Shown here: piece after piece, positions 41,760-55,980 of the stretch | Layout of the letters: the number at the start of each line of letters is the position of its first letter | How positions within the stretch are numbered: the stretch's first letter is position 1 | NCBI GenBank assembly: GCA_964016885.1 | Contig: OZ024759.1 | Span: 30,628,001 to 30,692,000, forward strand | Length of the DNA stretch: 64,000 bases | Source: Eledone cirrhosa | Lineage: Eukaryota | Direction: 5' to 3' | Translations under genes and position numbers: made by a program | Notes under the pieces: model-generated | Databases searched by the model: none | What the model saw: only the letters and a program-made list of their open reading frames with translations | What the model was told of the DNA's origin: nothing

Positions 41760-42546
41760 TTGCTCTACGGTTCATATATTTTTAATATATATATTTATTC
41801 TAACCCATTTTTTTTATTACTCTTATTCATAAATGAACGGCGGTGTATCAGCAGAGTCAGTGGAGCGTGGTGCAAAATTGTAACAGCCTGGATCATATAT
41901 TCCTCTAATTCTTTCACTTGTATCATTTCCCACCGTTTATTTTAATTTAGATTTTCTTGTTTGTTTTTAGTATCTCTATAAGTTCGGAGGATTTATTTCA
42001 GTTTGTATATTTGCAGGACGCAAGAAGGAAGAACTGGTGCAGACTTCCGGGGACAAGTGTTTGCTATCTATCTATATATATTTTTTTCTCTGTATAACAT
42101 ATATTGGACAAGTTTTTTCCGATACACATACACACACACAGTGACACACACACAAATACATATATATATATATATACACGCATATATATATATATTAATA
42201 ATAATAATAACAATAATAAGACTACACATTGATGAACCTACTGTAACTTGACGTTGCAATCCATAAACGATATATATATATATATATAAGGTCCCAAAAT
42301 ATATATATATATATATATATATAAGGTCCCAACAGTCTCGACCAGTTTTAAACAGCACTGAATCAAAAATGACAAAAGTATGCTAAACAAATTATATACA
42401 AGGTAAAGTTTGGAAAATTAAATAATAATATAATAACAGAAAATAAAGGAGGTAAAAAATAAAAAGTGAAAATAAGAATAAGACAAGAAGAAGTAAGCAA
42501 ACAAGACTTGGCTGAACGGACCTCCTGTAACAGGAATAACAACATC

Positions 42547-42566
42547 ATGCAGTTTGATATTCGAAG
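42547..42566 (+). CDS. ERGIC1: ERGIC1 homologue, coding exon 1 (MQFDIR/R)
   Basis: ATG CAG TTT GAT ATT CGA AG then GTGAGT donor; matches the ERGIC1 N-terminus M.FD.RR; phase 2 fits exon 2. Confidence 0.85.
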
Positions 42567-42592
42567 GTGAGTTTATTTTGTTTATAATAACC

Positions 42593-42767
42593 GTTTCTAC
42601 TTTTGGCACAAGGCCAGCAATTATCCCATTGTATTACTGGTACTTTATTTTATCGACCCCGTAAGGATGAAAGGCAAAGTTAACCTCGGCGGGATTTGAA
42701 CTCAGTCCGTAAAAGGACGTAACTATGCTGCAAAGCATGGCTCCCGACCCTATACCGATACTGCCAA
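42593..42767 (-). mobile_element. tRNA-derived SINE in ERGIC1 intron 1
   Basis: Reverse complement of the SINE family. Confidence 0.9.
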
Positions 42768-42785
42768 TTAATAATATAGTCTAGA

Positions 42786-43245
42786 CCCGTGGTTCTCAAC
42801 CTTTTCTTAACTCATGGCCTACTGTGAAGCCAGAATTTTTCTCTGGCCCATAGAATTATTATAGTATAAAAAATATTGCATTTTACTTAGAATATATCCA
42901 CTAAAGCTACAACTATGTCTATTTATTGAACACACACAATTTCACAAGCATCTGAAATATTTTCACAAAACTAAAATGGTGTAATTTTCTTTCTACAGTC
43001 AGAAAAAATGCCTGAATAATTAAAAGTTATTCAAACACTAAGTCATTAGTAAATTATTATAATCTAAAAATATTGAAATTATTTACATATAATTAATTTA
43101 AGGATTAGTAGTCAATAAAAGCTCTAAGGACCATTCAATACGCTGTGGCCCAGTAAAAATTATAAAATTTATGTGGCCCACTTGAAATTTGGCATGGCCC
43201 ATTTTAGACATTTTAGATTTAATTTGATTGAAATAGTCAAACATT
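42786..43245. mobile_element. Possible hAT/Charlie-like non-autonomous element
   Basis: Begins CCGTGGTTCTCAACCTTTT after CTAGA; internal TGGCCCA repeats; right TIR not recognisable. Confidence 0.4.
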
Positions 43246-43456
43246 AGCGATCCTAGACTGATATGTAACACGTCAATGAAACACGTGTCAGTGTTAAGCA
43301 ATAAATGGTATTCCCACTCTTCTGGCTAATTATGTTTTAAATAATAATTTTATAAACTTTTATCTTTTTAATCATATATATATATATGTGTGTATGTGTG
43401 TGTGTCTGTGTGTATCATAGTAATATGATAATAACAGCTATTGGTATTTCTTTCAG

Positions 43457-43592
43457 GTTTGACATTTACCGGAAGGTTCCAAAAGACCTCACCCACCCAA
43501 CATTGACTGGCGCTCTCATATCAATCCTCAGTATATGCTTCATAAGTTTCCTGTTTCTGTCAGAATTTGTCTTTATTCATCTCTGTTGAAGT
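43457..43592 (+). CDS. ERGIC1: ERGIC1 homologue, coding exon 2, with +1 frameshift
   Basis: TTTCAG acceptor, GTAAGT donor; FDIYRKVPKDLTHPTLTGALISILSICFISFLFLSE; 136 nt with TGA at 43587-43589 unless one T of 43566-43568 is removed, which gives LSLFISVEV. Confidence 0.9.
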
Positions 43593-43621
43593 GTAAGTCA
43601 TAAAAAAAAACATTATTCATG

Positions 43622-43670
<49 letters not shown>

Positions 43671-43689
43671 TTATTTATTTATTTATTTA

Positions 43690-43960
43690 TACGGCCGGTA
43701 ATATTCCCGAGATCCATGGACGAGTTCTCTCCAGCGGTCTCTGTCCCACATTATCACTGCCATGTCCTGCGTCTCCAAGAGACCTGTGTCTATCCTTAGG
43801 GCATCAACATATGTTAACCTCGGTCTTCCTCTTCCAGTGTGACAATGCAGGGGATCCCACAGGAGCACTGAGTGCAGTGTCAACTCTGGATGGCGGTGAG
43901 CATGTCCAGCTAACCTCAGTCTTCTGTGTGTCACTTTAGAGCTGACTTTTGTCACCCATC
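43690..43960 (-). mobile_element. RTE-clade LINE 3' remnant with (TAAA)n tail
   Basis: RRLRLAGHAHRHPELTLHSVLLWDPLHCHTGRGRPRLTYVDALRIDTG...MWDRDRWRELV, a classic RTE C-terminus. Confidence 0.85.
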
Positions 43961-44021
43961 CACAAGTCACAAAGCAATTTATCCGATTCCCAGCTATCCA
44001 GCCTAATCTGACGTAATTAAT

Positions 44022-44212
44022 AATTGTTTCTACTTTTGGCACAAGGCCAGCAATAACCCAGTGCATTACTGGTACTTTATTTTATCGACCCCGTAAGGAT
44101 AAAAGGCAAAGTTAACCTCGGCGGGATTTGAACTCAGAATGGAAAGGGCGGTAACTCTATGCGTCAAAGCGTGGTGTCCCACCCTCTACCGATTAATTAC
44201 TGCCAATCCACC
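44022..44212 (-). mobile_element. tRNA-derived SINE
   Basis: Reverse complement of the SINE family. Confidence 0.9.
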
Positions 44213-45003
44213 AATGAATATTGATATGAAATCTACATAGAAACTGTAGAAATGTACATCAGGGGAAATAACTGTAGCAAAACTGTAACAGTGTGCAAGG
44301 GAAATAACATTACATTAATTTTCGAAGATATACATTGATGGAAATATGCATCGAGGTATAAAAACAAAATGGTTTGGAAAATAATCATTTCTTTGTGTAT
44401 ACTGAATTTTCTGCTCTACATATAGGTCCGATATATTTGCAGCTTTGTGCATAGATTAAGTTTTATACGGAAGTGGGGTCGTGATAATATTTTGTATTTA
44501 TATGCTAATATAGATGGTTGTGTATTTTTTGCAGTGTCTGTGGTTCAGAGCAAGATAGGGAGCGTAAGATATAGGGAGCTGAGGGGGGGGGGGGAGCTAG
44601 AATATAATAGAATACAATAAGCGAGATAAAACCTGTTTAAAAACACTGTAGGTTTTGTATAGAACGGTGGAGGTGTGAAGTTTAATGTTAGAATTAAGAT
44701 TAGGCTCAGGGCTAGAGTTAGAATTAGGTTTAGGATTAGCACTTATATATATATATACAATATATATACAATTTGCGTTTACTCTACACGAAAATGTGTT
44801 AACTTTTCGCACCACTGAGTGCTTTGTGACCGTCTCCCACAATTCTATTGGTATCTGCTATACTGCAGCTACAACTTCGATTTATATCTAATATATATAT
44901 GCATATATATATGTATGTAAAAGGTAAACAGAAATAACAACACAATCGGTACAGTATATGGAAGGGATATATTAGCTTAACGCTTAATATAGCAGGGAGA
45001 GGG

Positions 45004-45039
45004 TCTTAACGTTTCGGACGCTAGTCCTTCATCAGAAGA
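45004..45039 (-). ncRNA. Minimal type I hammerhead ribozyme motif
   Basis: - strand: TCTT CTGATGA A GGAC-tagc-GTCC GAAA CG TT AAGA; a truncated second core (CTGATGAAGGAC) lies at about 45214-45225 (-). Confidence 0.7.
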
Positions 45040-45158
45040 AAGAATGAGAAATAAGATAGATTGATGGGACGGGCGGGTTGGAATTGGAAAAAATGTCTTT
45101 AGATAAAAATAACAGGTCCATTCATGTTGACATCTCTTATGCATATATTTATGTATAC

Positions 45159-45205
<47 letters not shown>

Positions 45206-45517
45206 TAAATTTAGTCCTTCATCAGTGATCTTCCAACCTTCATTGGTATTTCATCGCTTTAAAGACCATATACCTCCGGTTGGTGCGAGCAATGGCTAAA
45301 GAAAGTCGTTGGGACACGTAAATAAGGGGAACGAGCGAGACTGTAAACAATCAAAGATGGTAATGCAACGAAAAGTGAGGAATGAGGAATCAAGTCCCAG
45401 AAATCTATGAATATAAGTTCTGTGAAATCGTAGACGAGAGAGAATAAAGACCATCAAACTTAACCAATATATGGAACATTATATTATGTAACATTATTTT
45501 AATTTATATTCCTTTGA

Positions 45518-45638
45518 GTTCCGATGAGCCACTCTGTTTTTTTAAATATGTTAATTATTTTCAACTGAACCAGATCAATTATGATATATAGTCATCTGAT
45601 CCAGAAATATTATATGGAGTAGCGAAACAATTGTAAAC
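45518..45638 (+). ncRNA. Degenerate hammerhead motif with long stem II
   Basis: GTT CCGATGA GCCACTC...GAGTAGC GAAA CAATTG TA AAC; U4C change, palindromic stem III. Confidence 0.5.
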
Positions 45639-46034
45639 GTACATTATTATTATTAATATATTATTATTATTATTCTCTACATTCCTTACATCAAACTAAA
45701 ATATGTTGACAATCTTTTAATAATGTCTTCCTTGTGAAGTTTGTAGTCTTGTTTTGCTTAACTAATGAATATTTCCAGCTCTGCGTACCTAACTTCTGCA
45801 TGAACCCAGCCACCTAGCTGCTTTCTACTGCATATTACACATTGAGCACATTCCTTTACGCTTTGGCTTCTAACTAACTCACCAATCTCTCCTCTCATAT
45901 CTCCTCTACTATCTCCATCTCTCTCTTTAAGATTGGTTACTCTTGAACTGTGTAAATATATATATATATATATATATATATACACTCCACAAAGACATTC
46001 AAACATATACACACCCACATGCACACACACACCC

Positions 46035-46066
<32 letters not shown>

Positions 46067-46344
46067 GTCTGTGTGTGTGTGTGAGTGTATGTGTATATGT
46101 GTATATGCATGTCTTGTATAGATTCCTCTTTTGTGGAATCTATACAAATTGAAATGCCCATTCTCTAAGAAGAAGAACAACCAGAAAAAAATCGATTGAT
46201 CCAACCTTGTCTTCTTCGCCCACTTCTAAGTCGCTCCAACCAATTTACCATAAAAGGAAAGAAAAAGAATTTGAATGGTAGAAACTTTTTATCAGTAATA
46301 TAATAGGAAGAATGGAAAAAATGAGACATAAGCTTCTTGTTGTT

Positions 46345-46537
46345 GCTTGACTGGTGTCACCGCTGTTATTGCTACTGATGATGATGGTGATGGTGGTGGT
46401 GGTGGTGGTGGTGGTGGGGATAATGATGGTGGTGGTGGTGGGGATGATGATGGTGGTGGTGGTGTTGGGGATGATGATGGTGATAGTGGTGGTGGTAGTG
46501 GTAGTGGTGATGATGATGATGATGATAACGACGGTGG

Positions 46538-46584
<47 letters not shown>

Positions 46585-46725
46585 TTGATGGTGATAGTGA
46601 TGATGATAATGATACTGATGAGGATGATGGTGATGGCGATGTGGTGGCGATGGTGGTGATAGTGATAGTGATGATGGTGAAGGTAATGGTGGTGGTGATG
46701 ATGGTATTTAGGATGGTGATAATGG

Positions 46726-46756
<31 letters not shown>

Positions 46757-46842
46757 GATGTTAATGGTGATGATGATGATCTAGATAACGCTGTTGAAGA
46801 TGATGGTGTTTCTGATGGTGTTGATGATGGTGGTGACTATGT

Positions 46843-46875
<33 letters not shown>

Positions 46876-46888
46876 CATTGATAGTGAC

Positions 46889-46919
<31 letters not shown>

Positions 46920-47018
46920 ATGATGGTGATAGTAATAAGAATGAGGACATTGTTTAGGGTGATGTTTAGAATGATTGTGATAATGTTGATGATGTGATGA
47001 TGGTGGTTACGTTTAGGC

Positions 47019-47068
<50 letters not shown>

Positions 47069-47095
47069 ATAATGATGTGACGATGGTGATGTTTA
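46345..47095. repeat. (GAT)/(GGT) low-complexity tract
   Basis: Direct reading of the sequence. Confidence 0.9.
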
Positions 47096-47170
47096 GGGGA
47101 TGTCGAAGATTGTTTACAATTTCAATGCTATTTATTTCAACATCATTATCAATTTTATTATTATTGTTAA

Positions 47171-47219
<49 letters not shown>

Positions 47220-47235
47220 TTTATTAACTACATAG

Positions 47236-47327
47236 GGTCAGTGATCTCTCGGTTGGTGATCCTGTCAGTAATTCAGTGAAGATACCAGTATTTATCAATA
47301 TTACACTGCCTCGACTAAAATGTGAAT
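47236..47327 (+). CDS. ERGIC1: ERGIC1 homologue, coding exon 3
   Basis: CATAG acceptor, GTAAGT donor; 92 nt, phase 2 to 1; VSDLSVGDPVSNSVKIPVFINITLPRLKCE aligns with ERGIC1 V.EL.VDDP....KI.V..NI.LP.L.CE. Confidence 0.88.
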
Positions 47328-47797
47328 GTAAGTAATATTTTGTGCTATTTTATTTCATTAGGTTATGGAGAAGAGAAGGACAAACGGGTGTCCTTCCCGG
47401 GTGCCCACGAAGCTTCGGGTGGTTCAGGTTTGGTGTGGTACCTTAGTCAACCCTGGGTGGTCATCCCCACTTCTATTGGGGAATTTCTGTTGTTTTTAGG
47501 TCATTTTCCATCAAATCGAAATTTTTTCGTTCATTCTCTCACTTCTTCTTTGATCTCTTTTTATATTTTATTTGTTTGTTTTATTCCCCTTTTTTTCATC
47601 TCCCTATGTTTTGCCTTCACTTTATTGATTATTATTGCTGTTGTTGTTGTTGTTGATTTTCACGCAGAACCGAGGAAGTTGAGCGTGAATGAGACTGGCG
47701 TGTCAATATTAGTTATTACGTTTTTAAATTATTATTAATTAATTTTACTTTGATATACATACACATACACACACATATGTATATGTAGACATACAAA

Positions 47798-47855
<58 letters not shown>

Positions 47856-47857
47856 AT

Positions 47858-47913
<56 letters not shown>

Positions 47914-47948
47914 ATTATATACATATATATATATATGTTTACTTAAAT

Positions 47949-47990
<42 letters not shown>

Positions 47991-48072
47991 ATAAAAATAA
48001 ATGTGAAGACTAAAATACAAAGAGGGGTCGATAAGGATAAATATATATCAAATATAAAAGAGCCTTAGCGCA

Positions 48073-48344
<272 letters not shown>

Positions 48345-48395
48345 TATATATAATATATATATAAATATATATATATATGTACATATATATATATA

Positions 48396-48465
<70 letters not shown>

Positions 48466-48474
48466 GTACATATG

Positions 48475-48549
<75 letters not shown>

Positions 48550-48642
48550 GTATGTATATATATGTATATATATATATATATATATACAGATAGAGATGCG
48601 AGACAAAATTCGACCGAAACACAAACCCTCCATCTCATTTTA

Positions 48643-48680
48643 ACTTTTGAAAAACATAAGAACTGTGAAACCGGTAAAGT
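48643..48680 (+). ncRNA. Minimal hammerhead motif with U3/A8 core variant
   Basis: ACTT TTGAAAA ACA-taagaac-TGT GAAA CCGG TA AAGT; all three stems pair. Confidence 0.5.
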
Positions 48681-49184
48681 AAATAAATACATGTTCTTCA
48701 CAGACTCCAATTGCATTTACAATTATTTTCTTTGTACGCATATATATATATATATATATAAATATAAATTCACCGAGAATCCATTTCGGCTGGTAGAAAA
48801 AGCGAAACGAAACGCAAAATCGTAATTATGCTGGCAAGCCTTCCAATAGTTAAAAAACTAGAGTTAAACAATATGTTAAAACGCCATACAAACTAAAAAG
48901 TGGTCAAGAAGGCATTAACCTGCTAAACCAAAAAGCAAATCAAGCTAAACAGGTCAAACAAAATAAATGATAAAAACAGACCTGAACCCAAATGGAATTG
49001 ATGGTAAAATCCAAATGCAGGGTTTCTATGACACTTAAATCAATAATACTGTCTGCTTAAAAATTATAAGCTTTTGGTATAATGATCGAACAAGGAATAT
49101 CACGTTATCAACAGGTATTTTGCTCTGCAGCCAACTATATCTATTTCTCTCTCTCTCTCTCTATATATATATATAGAGAGAGAG

Positions 49185-49229
<45 letters not shown>

Positions 49230-49273
49230 TATAGATAGATATACATATTTATGTATATCTATCTATATCTATA

Positions 49274-49350
<77 letters not shown>

Positions 49351-49553
49351 TTTATTCACATATTTATACCTACTTACCCCAAAATTATGGGTTTGGCTTT
49401 TTTCCATTCCTTTAATATTTTCTCTTGCAAATATATTGAAATCTTATTTTCTATATGTTTCCCTACTTACCAGAGTTATGATAGGCAATTTTTTAAATAT
49501 CTAACAAACCGTGCAAGTTTAATAGAAATATAACGATCCCATATCTCTCTCTC

Positions 49554-49625
<72 letters not shown>

Positions 49626-49765
49626 AATATATATACACAAACGTATATGGGTATTGAAACTATGCACTCATCTGTTTGTGTGCATGTGTATATGAATTTA
49701 TATATCTTATGTATGTGTTCACAATATACAAATATAATATAAATATATGTACATGTTCATGTATG

Positions 49766-50208
49766 TCTTCTTCTTCTTCTTCTTCTCCTCCTCCTCCGTC
49801 TTCTTCTTCTCCTCCTCCTCCTTCTTCGTCTTCTTCTTCTCCTTCTTCTTCTTCTTCTTCTTCTTCTTCTTCTTCTTCTTCTTCTCCTTCTCCTTCTTCT
49901 TCTTCTTCTTCTTCTTCTTCTTCTTCTTCTTCTCCTTCTCCTTCTTCTTCTTCTTCTTCTTCTTCTTCTTCTTCTTCTTCCCATTCTTCTTCTTCTTCTT
50001 CTTCTTCTTCTTCTTCTTCTTCTTCTTCTTCTTCTTCCCATTCTTCTTCTTCTTCTTCTTCTTCTTCTTCTTCTTCTTCTTCTTCTTCTTCTTCTTCTTC
50101 TTCTTCTTCTTCTTCTTCTTCTCCTCATTCTTCTTCTTCTTCTTCTTCTTCTTCTTCTCCTCCTCCTCATTCTTCTTCCTCTTCTTCTTCTTCTACTTCT
50201 TCTTCTCC
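49766..50208. repeat. (CTT)n microsatellite array
   Basis: Direct reading; continuous with the 3' end of the adjacent - strand LINE remnant. Confidence 0.95.
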
Positions 50209-50435
50209 ACCTACTTGCTCCTGAGAGGGTCGAGGGCTTCAAAGTCCTCAAACACTCCCTCCACTGGGTCCTGTCAGAGGCAACAGTCTCCAACTGATCC
50301 AGCTAGTTCCTCAAGCGAGACCAGCCAAACTCATGGACTTTATGCATCCATCTTGCTCTGGTACTACCCCTGGGTCTCATGCCGGTTGGTTGTGCCCATA
50401 ACATCTGTCCAACGATTCTTTCCAGAGACATTCTA
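50209..50435 (-). mobile_element. RTE-like LINE 3' remnant
   Basis: QMLWAQPTGMRPRGSTRARW and, in another frame, LETVASDRTQWRECLRTLKP. Confidence 0.7.
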
Positions 50436-51224
50436 ACCGGTTTTATACCTGTAAATATTAACTTCCTATAATATGTAGTTAACTGCCCCAGCTGCAGCTT
50501 TGTGAAGCCACATTTCATCAAACGATGAAGGGTATATATATTTTGAAATTGGCAGTGGTCGGCCATTATTGACGCCATTAAAATATATGAGCTGTAACAG
50601 AAACTAAGCATGTTAGACATGTATATAAAGAGGTACAGAAATGGACATTTATGTGTATACACACAGAGATTTGATAAAACACACATACACTTGCATCCAA
50701 GGATGCCCTCGCTTGCACAAATACACAAATACATGCATACATACATAAAAACATACATACATAAAACATACGTACACATACAAACACTCATACATACTTA
50801 ACTACTTAAATTCACTCATATATACATACATATATACACAGATATACACACATACATACTTGCACACATACACACATATACCTTAATACACATAAACACA
50901 ATCACACACACACACGTACATACATACAGCCATCCATGCATATATACATACAAGCATACATAATTACATAACGTGTGTGAAGTCACCCACGTATGAGGTG
51001 GTGAGCCAAACACTTTTTTTAATTATTTGTTATTAAAACGCTAATGTGAAAAAAGTAATTAGTGTTAATGAAAAAATATTCTTGTAATGGACAAGGACTT
51101 GTTCTGGAATTTCCATTAAGTAAAAATTGATAGAGATACAGCCATGTAAGAAGGCCTCTGAGGTTAGTGTCAGCCATCAACAGCTTTAACTACATGGTTT
51201 TACTCTATTTATGGCTTCAGTGAG

Positions 51225-51603
51225 GCCGATGGCTTGACAGTCTCGTTAGAGGGATGGGAAATACAACATGCTCTGCGGCATATAGTTACGTTCCTATCTT
51301 TCCCAGTTAAAATCCCGCTGAGGTTAGCTTTGTTTTTCATCCTTACAAGGTCGATAAAATAAAGTATCAATAATGCACTGGGGTCAAGTTAATTGACTTT
51401 CTACTCTCCGAAAAGTTGTTGGCCTTTTACCCTAAATCAGAAACCATCATTATTCGTTAATGCTGGATTGGCATAATGGGTAGAGTGTCGGACAACATGC
51501 TTTGTGGCATATAATTACGGCCTTTTACATTCTGACTTCAAATCCGCCGAGGTTAGCTTTGTATTCTTCCTTACGGGGTCGATAATATAAAGGACCAGTA
51601 ACA
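51225..51603 (+). mobile_element. Two diverged SINE copies
   Basis: AAATCC(C)GC.GAGGTTAGCTTTG...GTCGATAA core occurs twice. Confidence 0.8.
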
Positions 51604-51635
51604 CACTTAATAGCAGCAGTCAGCTTGTGTTAATA

Positions 51636-51830
51636 TTTAGCTGGTATTAATATTAATGGATTATATAGCTGGAATAACATTAATGGCTTATATAGCTGGA
51701 ATAATATTAATGGTTTATATAACTGGTATTAATATTAATGGTTTATATAGCTGAAATAATATTAATGGTTTATATAGCTGGTATTAATATTAATGGGGAT
51801 CCTCATCTGGTGTCAATATTAATGGCAAAT
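51636..51830. repeat. Minisatellite, about 28-bp unit
   Basis: GCTGGTATTAATATTAATGGTTTATATA repeated about 6 times. Confidence 0.85.
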
Positions 51831-52766
51831 GTCAGCTTGTATTAACGATTATATGTGATACTTCCTTTTCCCCCGTTTCTTTGACATGTCTCACGAAACA
51901 TTATATGGATTCTACTTTTAAAATGGTCACAGCATTCTGGCTACAATTTGTATTTATCTGCACTGTATTACTGCCGCATGATGCTATTATCAATTCACTG
52001 CAGGATCAATTCCAAATCTAGAAAATAGGTTTTTCTCCATAAAATGAATCAATTCAGGGCCGAAACGTATAATTGAAAATTTAAATCGATATCAATTCCC
52101 ATTAGCAATTTTAAAAAACAAAACAAAATAAATGATAAATAGCAAGCTGTAAAATAAACTGATTACTCCCTTAATAAGATAGTAGAATCCAGGAAAATAA
52201 ATAATGCATTACGTCAGCACAGAAATCCCCCAAAATAAGACCAACAACAAAGAACAATAAAACAAGCATTTGCCTGCCGTCTCTATTGATTGTGGAGGTA
52301 ATTTCTTTAATTTCAAGACTATGCAAAGGAGGACATCTTAAGCGTGTTTGATTATTTTCAGCTTCCTATGTATTTTGATGTTGTTTTCATTCGTCTTTCT
52401 CATCTCTGCTCCATAAGTTTCTTTTTATCAGAAGATAAAAAGCCTCTAAACCAAATATATCGGTAGCATTGATTTTTTTAACATCTTGTAATAAACAAAA
52501 TTAAGGAAGAATTTTCCATTTATTTCTCCTTAGATTTTTTAAATAGCGTTGCTCTCCGGGAAACTAAAATTTCTGATGAATAAAACATAACTTAATTATT
52601 TCTCACAGAATAGAGATAAATACATGGGCAGGCATTGAACGAATATTAAATTGTGCACTAAATTTAACGAATTGTTTGGAAATATGTATGAATATAAATG
52701 TATGTGGAAACAATATGTGTATATACATATATATATATACACACACATATATACACACACACACAC

Positions 52767-52901
<135 letters not shown>

Positions 52902-52904
52902 ATG

Positions 52905-53029
<125 letters not shown>

Positions 53030-53043
53030 ATATATATTATATA

Positions 53044-53126
<83 letters not shown>

Positions 53127-53643
53127 CAACTATAAGTGTGAAAAGCAAATACACGAAAATAGACCTAATTTTGTTTCACCGATTGGAATGCAGCCAAAGT
53201 GCAACTAAATTGCACTCGGACCGTAAGGCTATCAGTGAAAGGACCTTTTTCTGAACTGACCGCTACCAGTTAAACATTTTCGGAGGGAAGAATTATGAGG
53301 TGGCATCACGGTCACTGGAAGGGAAACAAAGATGGACGTTTGGCGAGTACAGATCGTAAAATAACCTAGCTTCTGCAAAAGCAGGAGGAAGTATTCAATG
53401 ATGCCACCGTTTCTGAATTTGCTGAAGCTAAACTAAGCGAGATACTTATAAATTTTGCTGGCGCTTATGGGCTGATGAAACTCATTTGAATACGGAACAG
53501 TACCGGCCCGGCATTAATTAACAATATGTATTGATGCTCCGACATACATATGAATGTATGTAGTGTACATTTAATAATATACGGGATGTTTATGAAAAGA
53601 AATTTAGAAGGCCTTTCGCTATAAATCTTATGTTTATTTTCAG

Positions 53644-53768
53644 ATGTCGGTTTAGACATTCAAGATGAAATGGGAAGACGTGATGTTGGCATTATTGGAG
53701 ATTCAAACAAAATTGAAGTTATAAACGGAAATGGGTGTCGGTTTGAGGTTAACTTCTGGATAAACAAG
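53644..53768 (+). CDS. ERGIC1: ERGIC1 homologue, coding exon 4
   Basis: TTTTCAG acceptor, GTAGGA donor; 125 nt, phase 1 to 0; YVGLDIQDEMGRRDVGIIGDSNKIEVINGNGCRFEVNFWINK with ERGIC1 motifs GLDIQDEMGR and GCRFE..F.INK. Confidence 0.92.
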
Positions 53769-53879
53769 GTAGGAACTTATAAATATTATAATGCAGGTAC
53801 AGCAAAGAGTTATTCATAATTTAACAGAATATGCATAGGGAGGAAAAGGAAACTTTAGTATTTTGGTCACGTCATCAGG

Positions 53880-53985
53880 GTCCAACATTTGACTACCCAC
53901 ATCCTTGCGGGATGAATACTGTGGGGGAAAGGGCCAGGGGACGGCAGAAAAGGAGATGGACAGATGATATTAAGGAATGGACATT
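53880..53985 (+). mobile_element. Short RTE-clade LINE remnant
   Basis: VGERARGRQKRRWTDDIKEWT motif. Confidence 0.65.
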
Positions 53986-54054
53986 AAAATCTGGGTTCAG
54001 AATAGATGTGTGTATGATATGTTGTTATGATGAGGATGTTGATAATGATATTAA

Positions 54055-54480
54055 TAATTGTTTCTACTTTTGGCACAAGGCCAGCAATCACACAGTGTAT
54101 TACTGGTACTTTATTTTATCGACCCCAAAAGGATGAAAGGCAAAGTTAACCTCGGCAGGATTTGAACTCAGAATGGCAAGGGCCATAACTCTATGCGTCA
54201 AAGCATGGTGTCCGACCCTCTACCGATACTGACAATCCACCGCCCGATGATGATATTAATAATGGTTTCTTATATAGGCACAAGGTCAGCAATTTGGGAG
54301 GAGGGGAAAGTCCATTAAATCGACCCCGGTACATGACTGGTACTTTATTTTACCGACCTCGTAAGGATGAAAGTCAATGTTAACCTCGGCGTGATTTGAG
54401 CTCAGACCATAAAGGGACGTAACTCTTTGCTGCAAACAATGGCGTCCGACCCTCTCTCTACCCATACTGCCATTCCACCG
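54055..54480 (-). mobile_element. Two tandem SINE copies (54055-54245 and 54261-54480)
   Basis: Both are reverse complements of the SINE family; the second has a longer 3' part. Confidence 0.88.
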
Positions 54481-54982
54481 ATCATGTTAAGAATGAAATA
54501 ACGACGGTGATGTGGGTTTTGATGATGATGATGATGATAATGATGATGATGATGATGATAATGACGATGCTACTAATAACGATGATGATGATGATGATGA
54601 TGATGATGGTGATGACGGCAGTAGTGGTGGCCACAACAACCGTGTCTGTCCATAATCATTGAAGTTATGACATTAACTTCTGAGTGACATCAGTACATTT
54701 TCCTCCATTCTATAAATGATTGATGAGATCTGTGTTCGATGTTTTTTCATGTTACTCCATGTAGCTCGAGATGTACTACGAGATTAAGCGAGATTAATAT
54801 CAGTCAATCATTCTTTTATTATTTTGCTTTTGTTTGTTGCATTTTTTTTTTTTTTTTTTATAATTTGAAAAATATATTATCATCGTGGTTAGATTTTAGG
54901 CTTATTAATATTATTCTGATGTTGTGGTTGTTGTTGTTGTTGTTGTTGTTGTTGTGGTCATTGTCAAATATATATATATATG

Positions 54983-55021
<39 letters not shown>

Positions 55022-55172
55022 TTATATATGTATATATATATATATATGTGTGTGTATGTGTATGTGTGTATATATATATATTTGTGTGTATTTATGTATA
55101 TATATATATGTGTGTGTGTGTGTATGTGTGTGTATGTGTGTATATATATATATATATATATTTGTGTGTATT

Positions 55173-55239
<67 letters not shown>

Positions 55240-55246
55240 GTGTATT

Positions 55247-55279
<33 letters not shown>

Positions 55280-55362
55280 CAAATTTCCAATTTTCCCAAT
55301 ACTTCAAAAGTCAACGGAATGCTTACTTTTTCCAATAACAACAACACATACAAAGACTTCCC

Positions 55363-55980
55363 CCTTACACACACTCCACAGCCCTACACACACTCCACAG
55401 CCTTACACACACTCCACAGCCTTACACACACTCCACAGCCCTACACACACTCCACAGCCTTACACACACTCCACAGCCTTACACACACTCCACAGCCTTA
55501 CACACACTCCACAGCCTTACACACACTCCACAGCCTTACACACACTCCACAGCCTTACACACACTCCACAGCCTTACACACACTCCACAGCCTTACACAC
55601 ACTCCACAGCCTTACACACACTCCACAGCCCTACACACACTCCACAGCCCTACACATCCCCCACAACCTTACACACATTCCACAGTCTTACACACACCCC
55701 ACAACCTTACACACACTCCACAGCCCTACACACACCCAACAACCTTACACACACACAACAACCTTACACACACTCCACAGCCCTACACACACTCCACAGC
55801 CATACCCCCCCCCCCAACCTTACACACACTCCACAGCCTTACACGCCCCCCACAACCTTACAGACACACCACAGCCTTACACACACCCCACAAACTTACA
55901 CACACTCCACAGCCCTACACACACTCCATAACCTTACACCACCCCACAACCTTACACACACTCCACAGCCTTACACGCAC
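55363..55980. repeat. 19-bp minisatellite (CACTCCACAGCCTTACACA)n
   Basis: Period 19, about 32 copies, more diverged toward the 3' side. Confidence 0.92.

Noticed and set aside
53225-53450. Possible hAT transposase C-terminal remnant (SERTF, EFAEAK)
   Set aside because: Only two short motif-like words, needing frameshifts; not supportable without a profile search.
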